Below, one piece after another: positions 1 to 11,615 of a stretch of DNA of 64,000 bases; the stretch's first letter is position 1, and every line of letters begins with the position of its first letter. The stretch is taken from the NCBI RefSeq assembly GCF_004010195.1, contig NC_057732.1:39531916-39595915 (forward strand), given 5' to 3'. Origin of the DNA: Chiloscyllium plagiosum. Lineage: Eukaryota. Below the pieces are notes generated by a model. It had not been told where the DNA came from. It saw only the letters and a list, made by a program, of their open reading frames with translations, and did no database searches. The position numbers were made by a program, and so were the translations under genes.

Positions 1-242
1 TCCCTCCTCCTTAAATTTATTCAATGTTCCAGTATCCACCACTCTCAGGGGTAGTGAATTCCACAGATCCATGACCCTTTGAGAGAAATAATTTCCCCAG
101 ACCTCTGTTTTAAATCTAGAACAAGAGAAAACATTCTCTCTATGTCTACTTTAACAATCCCCATTAGTATCCTACATACCACAATTAGGCCTCCTCTCAT
201 TCTTCTAAATTCTAATAAACAATATAGGCCGAAACCCTCAAA

Positions 243-376
243 AAAGATTCCTGAAGAAGGGCTTATGCCCGAAACGTCGATTCTCCTGCTCCTTGGATGC
301 TGCCTGACCTGCTACGCTTTTCCAGCAACCCATTTTTCAGCTCTGATCTCCAGCATCTGCAGTCCTCACTTTCCGT
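243..376 (+). mobile_element. Short Penelope-derived element (family A 3' end) with minimal hammerhead core
   Basis: CTGAAGA-A-GGGC-TTAT-GCCC-GAAA-CGTC at 251-278; ends CAGTCCTCACTTTC; flanked by the 14-bp direct repeat CCGAAACCCTCAAA (229-242, 377-390); many related copies in the window. Confidence 0.75.
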
Positions 377-390
377 CCGAAACCCTCAAA

Positions 391-660
391 TACACACTAC
401 TACAAACTCAACACCCTGATACGCCCCCTCAAACACATCCTACACACACACACACACAAAACATAATTCCAAATACACGCACATGCACTGCCCCACTTAC
501 ATACCCTAATCTCATCCATGTACACCACCCACAAAAACTCTATGTTCACACACAAGTGCGTGCAGTCACACCAACAGAATGTTGCATACACTTACATGTA
601 TTCTGAAACACACATAGCCCTCCACACATTGGTCTCACACACAGCCATTTGCACAGACAA
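391..660. repeat. AC-rich low-complexity / degenerate (CA)n region
   Basis: Runs of ACACAC, e.g. 442-457, and repeated ACAC/CCCT words. Confidence 0.7.
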
Positions 661-768
661 GTCCAGCAGGAGCCATCAGAAAAAAATAATGTATCGAAAA
701 TTTGGCTAAATTTCTCTAAGCTAAAATGTAATTCCTTAACCTGGTTTAGTTTTGCTTTAGCGACATAC

Positions 769-903
769 CTGCAGGTCTTCAATCATCACTGAGTACTGAA
801 TACCATTGTACTCCAGAAACACTTTGAAGGACTGAAGACTGTTCTCTGGAACATGGACATCTATAAAGAGGTCAGATTTGACAGGACGATGCCAGATATC
901 AAG
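769..903 (-). CDS. Carboxypeptidase A coding exon 3 (activation propeptide); gene continues beyond the left edge
   Basis: Pyrimidine tract plus CTCCAG acceptor; reads LDIWHRPVKSDLFIDVHVPENSLQSFKVFLEYNGIQYSVMIEDLQ (the CPA LDFW...VKVFLE..GI.YSIMIEDVQ motif). CAG|GTATGT donor; 135 nt. Confidence 0.92.
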
Positions 904-1616
904 CTGGAGTTGTAGAGGGAGAGGATAACAATTATATAGAATATTTATTTGCAGTACATGACAGAATTTCCTTGAAACAACCTGTTAACAAATGGTGTTG
1001 TCTGGTGTTGTCATTAAAAACAGGATTTTGTGAAAAAGATGTATGCTTTGACACAATGCCACTAGTCCTGTGTATGATATGTTGGCTAGGTCCTTGTCAT
1101 TCACTAATAGAGTCTCATCACCCTGTTCAAAATGTGGCTAAAAACTGAGACATTTTGCTCTCAGCATCAGAAAACTTCTCAATGCTGTTCTCACACCATT
1201 TTTCTCAAAGTTCTTGTCAATGCTTACATTGTTCAAAGGCTGAGAAAATTCAGTCTGGTGTCATACTTCTCTTGATAATGCATCTGTGAAACCTTCAGAT
1301 ATTTCTTCACTTTAAAGGGACTATATAAATATAAATTATTGTTGTTATAATGGAAAGTCATGGGGTAAGAGCCTTATTTTTTATTTCCAGCCCAAAGTTT
1401 ACAACCTATTAGAATTTCCCTATGTTTTGGCAGCTCATAACTAGTTACAGAACCTATCTGAGCCTGGTTTGAAAGGCAGTGAAAAGAAAAGATTACCACT
1501 GAAATATCACACCGACGGTGCCAACTGTAGACCAGTGCACTATCAACTCTCTATTGGTGGTGTTTATATGTGTTTGTAGTTTGCTCTGGAGAGATTCAGT
1601 TTTGTTCTTGACTCAC

Positions 1617-1698
1617 CTGGAGATGCTCCTGATCCTCCAAGGACATCACAAGGCTCACCTGTTTTTCATCTCTGGGTGTAATCCGGAGGACCTGATCC
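1617..1698 (-). CDS. Carboxypeptidase A coding exon 2 (activation propeptide)
   Basis: TTTACAG acceptor; reads (G)DQVLRITPRDEKQVSLVMSLEDQEHLQ (compare CPA1 [28 protein letters not shown]). CAG|GTGAGT donor; 82 nt; phases match exons 1 and 3. Confidence 0.92.
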
Positions 1699-2507
1699 CT
1701 GTAAACAGAGCAAGTGGTCGGTATCAGATTCAGCAACCACAGTTCTTTTCATTTTATTTTGGTCAGTATCAGTGTTTCCTTTATGGGCATTGTGTTAATT
1801 ACTATGAACTTGCATAGCATAACCTCAAAATGTCACAAAGCAAATTACAAACCATTTTGCCTTGTTGAACCTCACGCATGAGGAATAGGAGTACAGATAT
1901 TCACAAATTCATGTCATAGACAGTCCCTTGAAGAGAGAGAGAAGTGATTTTCACCATGTCAATTTGGGCAAATTTTGGGTTTCATACCATAAGGTGTATG
2001 GTCAATCTAGGAATAGCTCCAGATCAAGCTTTCATTTACTATGTATTAGTGAGACTTCTGCTAGTTTATTCACTAACAGTGCTGCCCTTTTAATATTAGC
2101 AACAGTATCCACAGGTAACACAATTGGAATTGAACAGAACACTTGACTGCTATAAGTATTGTTACCATTAGAACCAATTCTGCGACCACTTTTGTATTAA
2201 CTGGGAGTACGTTAACCCATTTCAGACTGTGATTAGCCATCAAAATACTCCACGCAGACAATCCATATGCGAGTCTCACTTATTTAGCTAAGGGAGGAAT
2301 CACAAGCAAATCAAATCTTTGCCTACACGCAGATCTATTTGGAGGTCCCTGGACCGTTCTCAACCCGATCCCAAGCTTGAGGACACAAATAACCAGTTGC
2401 ATGCCTCTCCGCTCACAATCTGCAAACTCAATAGAGGGTGAGGGTCAATCTTACTGTGTAATCGATCAAATTAACTTAAGGAATCTGGTCACAAGGCAGT
2501 AACTCAC

Positions 2508-2572
2508 CCTTCAAACCTGCTCTGAGCGCAAATGGCCACCAGCAGAGCTGAGAAAATCAAAAGTGTTCTCAT
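2508..2572 (-). CDS. Carboxypeptidase A (CPA1/CPA2-like, M14A) coding exon 1, signal peptide
   Basis: Minus strand ATG at 2572 reads MRTLLIFSALLVAICAQSRFEG, which resembles the CPA1 signal peptide [22 protein letters not shown]. It ends GG|GTGAGT; 65 nt, phase 2. Confidence 0.9.
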
Positions 2573-2609
2573 GGTGAAGCCTTGTGGAAAGCTAAAACAT
2601 GCTGGGACC

Positions 2610-2698
2610 TATTTAAAGAGTGAGAGGTGCCAAGTGGATGACTTGGACCAAAGATTGATGACCAAGATTAATCTGTAGAATAGTGGAATATTTCCCAC
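2610..2698 (-). promoter_or_regulatory. Putative CPA proximal promoter: TATA-like TTTAAATA and an RBPJ/RBPJL TC-box
   Basis: Minus-strand TTTAAATA at 2610-2617, about 40 nt upstream of the ATG; TTTCCCAC at 2691-2698 (TC-box of PTF1 sites in acinar enzyme genes). Confidence 0.45.
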
Positions 2699-3684
2699 GC
2701 AAATTGCAACTGTTTATATCAAAACCTTGTTTGTTTTTCCAGAAACTCCTGATGGTTGTGGATAAAAACATATACTTCTTTATAACTTGGCAATGTACAA
2801 ATAAATTGAAGAATGAAAAAGCTGCATATTGGTGATTTCCAAAATGAACCAAATCATTCCACACCATTTTCTTTCTGATGTTTAGCTTTGGGTTTAGGGA
2901 TAGTGACACTGAGAGGAAATGAACAGGTAAACTGATGTGTTATTGAACCTTTTGCAACAATAGTTAGAGAGGAGAGGATATAGTTTCTCAATAGCTCCTA
3001 CATAGAATTCCTTTAGCATTTTACCTTGATTTGCTTCAACGGACTTGCAATAAGACTCCTCAAACTCATATGCTCAACAAAAACAAATTAAGTTAATGCA
3101 TCTTGTCCTTGTAATCCCTTCAGCTACAGAGTTAGTTTGCTGAATTTCCACTGCACTCCCTCCAAAGCCAATTTTTCCTTCTTGATATGCAGTGTCCAAA
3201 ATTGAATGCAATTAGTCCAGATAAGGTCTGACCAAGGTTCTGTGTAAGTGAAGCATCACTTCCTCACGGTTATGTCCCATTGTAAAGGTAGTGTAGATGG
3301 CAGGTGGGTTACAAAGCAACATCAACAGACAAAGCAGGTGTACAAAACTACAACAGGTGGGATTCAAGACGGGACATTTTGCACTCGTTATTTTAGATCC
3401 AAGAAAGGCAAATTATAAGATCTTCTTCATTAGAGAGACTGTGATCAATGCAATTCAACAACAAATGTATTCAGGTCTCCATATACATTAATCACTAAAA
3501 TCTAGTGCACTGGTGTAAAGAGTAATCAAAAAGCTAATAACTTTGAACTCTGTCCCTTAAAAGGTTGTGTGTTCCAGGTAAGTTGAAGTGTTTAAAACAG
3601 AAATTGATAGGTTTTTGTTGTTAGAGGTTGTGGAGCAAAGGCAGGTAACTAGAATTGAGGTACTGATCAGCTAAATGGTATAGG

Positions 3685-4220
3685 GCAAAGTCACCACAGT
3701 CCTATCAGACCATAGTGTTACTCTCTGTTGAGAGAGATATGACTTGTGGGTGATTTAACCTGAAGATCACCATGCCACCTGTGAGGGGTGGAGTTGAGAA
3801 GGATAGTTCTTTATGGAAACAAAATCAGAAATTGCTGAAAAAAACTCAGCAGGTCTGGCAGCATCTGTGAATAGGACAAAGTGAGGACTGCAAATACTGG
3901 ATATCAGAGTCAAAACGTATGGTGCTGGAAAAGCGCAGCCGGTCAGGCAGCATCCGAGGAGCAGGAGAATCGACATTCTGACAACTCTCCTGCTCCTCAG
4001 ATGCTGCCTGACTGGCTGTGCTTTTCCAGCGCCACATTGTTTCGCTTTTGTGATTAGGAAAAAGATTCACTGAACTCAAAATGTTCACTCTGCTTTCTCT
4101 CCACAAATGCTGCCAGACCTAAGTTTTTCCAGCAGTTTCTGATTTTGTTTCTGCTTTCCAGCATCTGCAGTTCTTTGGTTTTTCTTTCATGGTAACCTCA
4201 GTCAGTAATGGCATCACTCT
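3685..4220 (-). mobile_element. tRNA-derived SINE interrupted by two nested Penelope-derived fold-back elements
   Basis: 3685-3816 and about 4184-4220 match the SINE copies at 38205-38415 and 60325-60450. Outer inverted repeat at about 3817-3870 / 4098-4150; inner family A hairpin at 3877-4037. Confidence 0.65.
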
Positions 4221-4804
4221 GAATGGCTCCTCCTGTTCACAATGTTCTTATGATTAATCCTAGACAACCAAGGTCACCTTCCTCGGTTTCATATTTGATC
4301 CCTGCTATTAGAGGGTTTCTCTCTTAAACCCCATTGACCTAATTTTTCTCAGGACTACTTGTTGAGGTACCTGGCCAATTTCTTTTTTATTGGGCTCTTG
4401 TTATTGAATCAAGGCCATGATAAGATTTGAACTAAGAAAAAGTGTTAGAAAAGCTCAACGAACTAAAATCTGATAGATTGGCAGGACCTAATGGCCTATG
4501 TGTTAGATAGTGGGTATATTGACTATGATTTTCCAAATGTAATGCAGGAAAAGCACTTGGGATGCATTTAGTTTCCAGATCAGTTATGCTTTATTCCATA
4601 GTATGCTCATGGAAAAGCTAATTCCAAAGAAACAAACTCCTTACAGTGGACGACAGTTGCTGAACACTACAGATGCAGATAACCCATTCAGAACACAACT
4701 CCTGGTCTCAAATCATCTGAGTTCCAGACCCGTTTGTTAAGCAATGGGAGTTGACGTGTCTTGAGCTCAGCATGTTTGCTGGGTTGTAATTCTGAACTGT
4801 TGCA

Positions 4805-5667
4805 GTGGGGTGAATCAAGGGACAAGGGGTGGGTCCAATGTGTTTTGGAGGGGGTGGGGGGCAGCTGTCAAAGGGGCTGTGGGAGTTGGTTCAAGGGGCA
4901 GGGGGTGGGTCAAAGGGGCTATGGGGGTGGTTGAAAGGGCATGGGGAAGGGGAGTGGTTCAAGGGTCAGGGGGTGGGTCCACTGTGCTCTAGGGGGCATC
5001 CAAGGGACAGTGGTGNNNNNNNNNNNNNNNNNNNNNNNNNNNNNNNNNNNNNNNNNNNNNNNNNNNNNNNNNNNNNNNNNNNNNNNNNNNNNNNNNNNNN
5101 NNNNNNNNNNNNNNNNNNNNNNNNNNNNNNNNNNNNNNNNNNNNNNNNNNNNNNNNNNNNNNNNNNNNNNNNNNNNNNNNNNNNNNNNNNNNNNNNNNNN
5201 NNNNNNNNNNNNNNNNNNNNNNNNNNNNNNNNNNNNNNNNNNNNNNNNNNNNNNNNNNNNNNNNNNNNNNNNNNNNNNNNNNNNNNNNNNNNNNNNNNNN
5301 NNNNNNNNNNNNNNNNNNNNNNNNNNNNNNNNNNNNNNNNNNNNNNNNNNNNNNNNNNNNNNNNNNNNNNNNNNNNNNNNNNNNNNNNNNNNNNNNNNNN
5401 NNNNNNNNNNNNNNNNNNNNNNNNNNNNNNNNNNNNNNNNNNNNNNNNNNNNNNNNNNNNNNNNNNNNNNNNNNNNNNNNNNNNNNNNNNNNNNNNNNNN
5501 NNNNNNNNNNNNNNNNNNNNNNNNNNNNNNNNNNNNNNNNNCATGGGTGGGTCATGGGGCAGTGGGTGTGTGCAAGGGTCAGAGGGTGGGTTCATGGGTG
5601 GGTCATGGGGCAGTGGGTGTGTGCAAGGGTCAGAGGGTGTGTCCAGGGGCTGGTCAAGGGTCAGGGG
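4805..5667. repeat. G-rich degenerate minisatellite spanning an assembly gap
   Basis: Repeated GG(T)TCAAGGG(G)C..GGGG units; about 51-bp tandem duplication at 5542-5639; Ns at 5016-5541. Confidence 0.8.
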
Positions 5668-5762
5668 AGCACGTGGTAAACTTCCCGCGTTTGTTCAACA
5701 CGTTTCGCCTGAAGTCAGGTTTCGGTGTTGGTGAACGGAAGTGTGTAATTCAATTTCCGGTG
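5668..5762 (+). promoter_or_regulatory. TMEM209 TATA-less housekeeping-type promoter
   Basis: Local CpG enrichment; E-box CACGTG at 5670-5675; E2F-like TTCCCGCG at 5682-5689; ETS/GABP CGGAAGTG at 5736-5743 and TTCCGG at 5755-5760. Confidence 0.6.
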
Positions 5763-5845
5763 GCGGTAGAGCCGGTGGAGAGAAAGAAAGTGAAGGAAGG
5801 AGAGAACGTGGAGTGAGGGAGGAAGGAATGCTGGAGTATTTTTAG

Positions 5846-6145
<300 letters not shown>

Positions 6146-6637
6146 TAACCAGAGAACCTCCAAATGTGCTTCACAGACATTTTGATCTAGTTTTGAACCG
6201 TCTTAATGTGGGGAACACTAATCTATTTATAGACGGCAACCTCTCAGAAAAAGCAGTAACCAGATCTGTTTTAAGTGATGTAGCTTTGCATTTCTAACCC
6301 TGACTTGTACAAGTTTTGATTTTCATTGCTTCTCCATTTGGGGCATACCTCCTGTTGAGTGCCAAAACTCTGGAATGATACTTTTCTGCTTTGCTACCTT
6401 GTCCTACCCCTTTCAGACACTCTTTAAAACCCAGATTTTGGTCACCTGCCCTAACATTCCCTTCTGTGGCTGTGTGTTGACTTTAATTTGGTAATCCTGC
6501 TAAGTGCCCCTGGATTCTTTACTCTGTCAGAGGACTTCAGTCTGAGTTGTTTTGTTTGATTTGCAGCTACTTGTACCTGTTATTTTAAAGTGAGGTGTGA
6601 ATGTTTACCATTGTTTAAAAAAAATCTAATTCTGCAG

Positions 6638-6696
6638 GACTGGCAAGTTGCTGTGCAAATTCTACAACATCAGCTACTGGCCCCTGTGGTACATTG
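6638..6696 (+). CDS. TMEM209: TMEM209 coding exon 2
   Basis: CTGCAG|G ... G|GTGAGT; TGKLLCKFYNISYWPLWYI; 59 nt. Confidence 0.95.
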
Positions 6697-6790
6697 GTGA
6701 GTAACTATCCTATTTGATATGTTATCTCCAACAAATTGTCAGTATAGCTGCTCTGAGTTGGCACTGTTCGAATTCATTGGTTGGTTAGCA

Positions 6791-6900
6791 GGGCTCTTGT
6801 GGTGAAGAGATAGTGTCCTTACCTCTTAGCAAGGAGGCCCAGGTTCAAGTCTCACCTGCTCCAGAGGTCTGTAATAACATCTATAAATAGGTTGATGAGA
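6791..6900 (+). mobile_element. Short tRNA-derived SINE
   Basis: tRNA-like head with B-box GGTTCAAGTC at about 6842-6851; a related minus-strand copy lies near 50100-50180. Confidence 0.5.
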
Positions 6901-7275
6901 TAAATAGATATTTAAAAAAATTAGATTGCAGAAGGAGGCCATGTGGCCCTTCATCTCAGCACTGGCTCTGAATATTTTAGCATTTATTGCAGAGAAAGGA
7001 CTTTTGGCTCATGGAATGGTACCTTTTGATAAAGCTGTGCATTCATTTTCATTCCACACCAAACATTTAATTTTCAGGTAATTGTTTATTTCTCTTTGAA
7101 AGGTCGTTCCCCAACTATTTCTGCATTGATGTTCCATGTCCTTACTGCTCTGTTCATATAGACCACTAGCCTCTGGTTAGTGGCTCTGAGTAGACATGCT
7201 GCTTATTTTCTGTTCTGAGCTGTATTTTCACTGAAAGTACCCAATTCTGCGCTCAATCTGAATTCTGTTTTTGAA

Positions 7276-7550
7276 TTTTTAAAATTTACTTGTGGGGTAT
7301 CGCTGGCTGGCCAGCCTGCCCCTAGCTGCCTTTGCACTGAGTGGCTTACTAGGCCATTTCAGAAGGCAGTTGAGAGTGGGTTGCATTGCTGTAGGTTTGG
7401 AGTCATGTGAAGGCCAGACCAGAGAATGGCAGATTTCCCTTCCTGAAGAACATTAGTGAGCCAACAGTTGGCAATTTCATGATTAACAGATTCTTAATTC
7501 CTGTTGTTTTAATTGAATTCAAATTCCATCATCTGCTATGGTAGGATTTT
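7276..7550 (-). mobile_element. tRNA-derived SINE (left part), split by a CR1 LINE; remainder at about 9542-9610
   Basis: Colinear with the SINE at 46795-47555 (GGAGTCA..TGTAGGCCA..CAG..GGCAGATTTC; ATTGAATTCAAATT..GGATTT). Confidence 0.65.
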
Positions 7551-9541
7551 AGGGTTTTTACAAATATATTAAGGACAAAAGGGGAACTAGGGAGAGAATA
7601 GGGCCCTCAAAGATCAGCAAGGCGGCCTTTGAGCAGAACCACAGAAAATGGGGGAGATACTAAATGAATATTTTGCATCAGTATTTACTGTGGAAAAGGA
7701 TATGGAAGATGTAGACTGTAAGGATATAGATGGTGACATCTTGTAAAATGTCGAGATTACAGAGGAGGAAGTGCTGGATGTCTTGAAATGGTTAATGGTG
7801 GATAAATCCCCAGGACCTGATCAGGTATACCCGAGAACTCTCTGGGAAGCTAGAGAAGTGATTGCTGGGCCTCTTGCTGAGATATTTGTATCATCGATAG
7901 TCACAGGTGAGGTGTCGGAAGACTGGAGGTTGGCAAATATGGTGCCACTGTTTTTGAAGGGCAGTAAAGACAAGCCAGGGAACAATAGACCGGTGAGCCT
8001 GACCTTGGTGGTGGGCAAGTTGTTGGAGGGAATCCTGAGGGACAGGATGTACATGTATTTGGAAAGGCAAGGACTGATTTGGGATAGTCAACATGGCTTT
8101 GTGCATGGGGAATCATGTCTCACAAACCTGATTGAGTTTTTTGAAGAAGTAACAAAGAAGATTGATGAGGGCAGAGCAGTAGATGTGATTTGTATGGACT
8201 TCAGTAAGGCGTTCGATAAGGTTCCCCATGGGAGACTGATTAGCAAGGTTAGATCTCGTGGAATACAGGGAGAACTAGCCATTTGGATACAGAACTGGCT
8301 CAAAGGTGAGGGTGGTGGTGGAGGGTTGTTTTTCAGACTGGCGGCTTGTGACCAGTGGAGTGCCACAAGGATCGGTGCTGGGCCCTCTACTTTTTGTCAT
8401 TTACATAAATGATTTGGATGCGAGCATAAGAGGTACGTTAGTAAGTTTGCAGATGACAGCAAAATTGGAGGTGTAGTGGACAGCTTACAACAGGATCTGG
8501 ATCAGATGGGCCAATGGGCTGAGAAGTGGCAGATGGAGTTTAGTTCAGATCAATGCGAGGTATTGCATTTTGGGAAAGCAAGTCTTAGCAGGGCTTATAC
8601 ACTTAATGGTAAGGTCCTAGGGAGTGTTGCTGAACAAAGAGACCTTGGAGTGCAGGTTCATAGCTCCTTGAAAGTGGAGTTGCAGGTAGATAGGATACTG
8701 AAGGCGTTTGGTATGCTTTCCTTTATTGGTCAGAGTATTGAGTACAGGAGTTGGGAGGTCATGTTGCGGCTGTACAGGACATTGGTTAAGCCACTATTGG
8801 AATACTGCGTGCACTTCTGGTCTCCTTCCTATCGGAAAGATGTTGTGAGACCTGAAAGGGCTCAGAAAAGATTTACAAGGATGTTGCCAGGGTTGGTGGA
8901 TCTGAGCTACAGGGAGAGGCTGAACAGGCTGGGGCTGTTTTCCCTGGAGCGTCTGAGGCTGAGGAATGACCTTATAGAGGTTTACAAAATTATGTGGGGC
9001 ATGGATAGGATAAATAGGCAGAGTCTTTTCCCTGGGGACGGGGAGTCCAGAACTAGGGGGCATAGGTTTAGGGAGAGAGGGGAAAGATATAAAAGAGACC
9101 TAAGGGGCAACATTTTCACACAGAGGGTGGTACGTGTATGGAATGAGCTGCCAGAGGAAGTGGTGGATGCTGGTACAATTGCAACATTTAAGAGGGTAAA
9201 AACAATGACTGCAGATGCTGGAAACCAGATTTTGGATTAGTGGTGCTGGAAGAGCACAGCAGTTCAGGCAGCATCCGAGGAGCAGCAAAATCGACGTTTC
9301 GGGCAAAAGAACTTTGCTGCTCCTCGGATGCTGCCTGAACGTCTGTGCTCTTCCAGCACCACTAATCCAAAAAATGCAACATTTAAGAGGCATTTGAATG
9401 GGTATATGAATAGGAAGGGTTTGGAGGGATATGGGCCGGGTGCTAGCGGGTGGGACTAGATTGGTTGGGATATCTGGTCAGCATGGACGGGTTGGACCGA
9501 AGGGTCTCTTTCCATGCTGTACATCTCTATGACTCTATGAT
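7551..9541 (+). mobile_element. CR1-clade LINE, 5'-truncated ORF2 (reverse transcriptase) with 3' tail
   Basis: ORFs 7771-8412 and 8476-9240 carry CR1 RT motifs (KSPGPD, RPVSLT, QHGF, DFSKAFDKV, LEYCVHFWSP); frameshifted; 3' tail TCTATGACTCTATGA. Confidence 0.93.
9196..9374. mobile_element. Penelope-derived fold-back element inserted in the CR1 LINE
   Basis: Inverted arms at about 9231-9289 / 9313-9373; 16-bp TSD TGCAACATTTAAGAGG at 9180-9195 and 9375-9390. Confidence 0.85.
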
Positions 9542-9685
9542 TCAAAACTGGGTGCCCAAAACATTAGCAGAGTATCTAGATTCATGGTCTAGTAATAGAT
9601 CATTGCTTCCATTTTGTATTTCAGCTTAACAAGGAGTTTGATTATCTTGGGAGCCAGTGTGGCATCATGTGCAGCCTGAATGTAG

Positions 9686-10000
<315 letters not shown>

Positions 10001-10247
10001 TAGTAAACATCTTGCGTTTTGGTGGGTGGAGACCTGCAATGCTGATTTAGGGCCTACGGGATGCAGGACTCATCTTCAGCTTCAACACACTCCATCCCTC
10101 AAAAACCTCTGCCCTCATAATTTTATCTTTTTAAACTCATTATTTAACCCAGTAGAGGAGATCAGAAGAGATTTGAGGTGTGACGACTTTGTTCCAAAGG
10201 AGTGCCAATGGTTTGAGATCTGAGCTGGTAGACACTTCTAATCTTGG

Positions 10248-10545
10248 AATCAGAATCATACAGCGCGGAAATGGATCGTTTGGTCCAACCAGTGCGTGCC
10301 GACCGTAATCCCAAACTTAACCTCGTGCCACCTGTCTCTGCTTGGCCCATTTCCCTTCAAACATTTATTCATGTCTTTTAAACTTTGTAGCTGCATCCGC
10401 ACCCACCACTTCCTCTGGAAGTTCATTCCACACATGAATCAGTCTCTGCAAAACTAAAAAAAAAATTACCCCCCATGTCTTTTTTTTAAAATATTTCTGC
10501 TCACACTTTAAAAAATGTCCCTTAGTCCTGAAATCTTGTAACATC
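10248..10545 (-). mobile_element. CR1 LINE 3' fragment
   Basis: Minus ORF contains VWNELPEEVV; tail-type sequence AATCAGAATCATACAG. Confidence 0.75.
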
Positions 10546-11373
10546 CAAATGAATCTACGGTCTGTCATGTCCCTTACTTTTCTGCTTTTATTTTCAGCCT
10601 GCTGTCAGCTGGACAAAACTATACACAACACTTACGGTGCAACTTCGCACCAAATTAACAGTTGGCTCCTTGCTTTTAAATTCTCCATTCTACATAGTGA
10701 GGTAAAGGAGTAAAGGAATATTAATGAGGAAGGTTTGGAGGGGCTGAAGAATCATGTCTGAAAAAAGGGGAACGAGTTAAAAACACTGAGGCTATAGGGG
10801 TGAAGAAGATCATGAAGGTTGTCTCTTGTGAGCATTGAAATAAATGAGGAAGCTTCTGGGCAACACTCCATAGATTGGAGATGAGAAAAGTCTCAACAGG
10901 GAGGCAACAACAGCTGCTTGCATTTGTATAGCACTTTCATAGTGGTTAAATAATCCACGGTGCCTCAAGGAATTCTTAATAAACTATATTTGACACCAAG
11001 CCATATAGGTAGCTCTTTAAGGATGATTTAAAAGTGATGTAGGTAGGAAATTGCAGGTTTCAGGGCCAGATATTAAAGGTATAATTATCAATGTGCTTTC
11101 CTGCTTTGCTGCAGATATCTTGGTGGGATGCAGGAAGTCATGGATAGGCACGAGGCTACAGAGGTTCTGTAAACAGGGCAAGAATTTTTAAATTGCGGCA
11201 TTGCTGAGCTGGGAGCAACAATAGTAAACAGAATAATGGGTGGATGGGGGAAGGTATGCATACAGACAGGGGCAGTAGTGTTTTGGATTACTTCCAAATT
11301 TCTGGACAGTTGAAAATGGGAGGCAAGCTAGGCTTGATACTCGAGTAATTAACCTGTCTCTTTCTCTCCTCAG

Positions 11374-11615
11374 CAATACTGACAACTCCGCAGCAGAAAC
11401 CAGCCACCCCATCCACTCCCAAGAGCTCCTCACCAGGCACTGGGCAGGGACAAAACGTACTATCTTATAGCCCTCAACGCCCACTTGGCTCCTGCCCGAA
11501 GTACAGCCCTGGCTGTATAATGGGGTTTAGTCAGAGTGGGCCAACGCCTTCCCCGCCAGGCAGTGGATCCTTTCCATCCTCAGTGATGTACTCATCTAGT
11601 AGCAGCTTCAATACG
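11374..11615 (+). CDS. TMEM209: TMEM209 coding exon 4 (Ser/Pro-rich)
   Basis: Strong pyrimidine tract; AILTTPQQKPATPSTPKSSSPGTGQGQNVLSYSPQRP...SSSSFNT; 242 nt; phases consistent. Confidence 0.9.

Noticed and set aside
4829-5816. Long ORFs of 190-440 aa here and at 23503-24825 and 29713-30199
   Set aside because: They are open only because they run through N gaps and low-complexity repeats.
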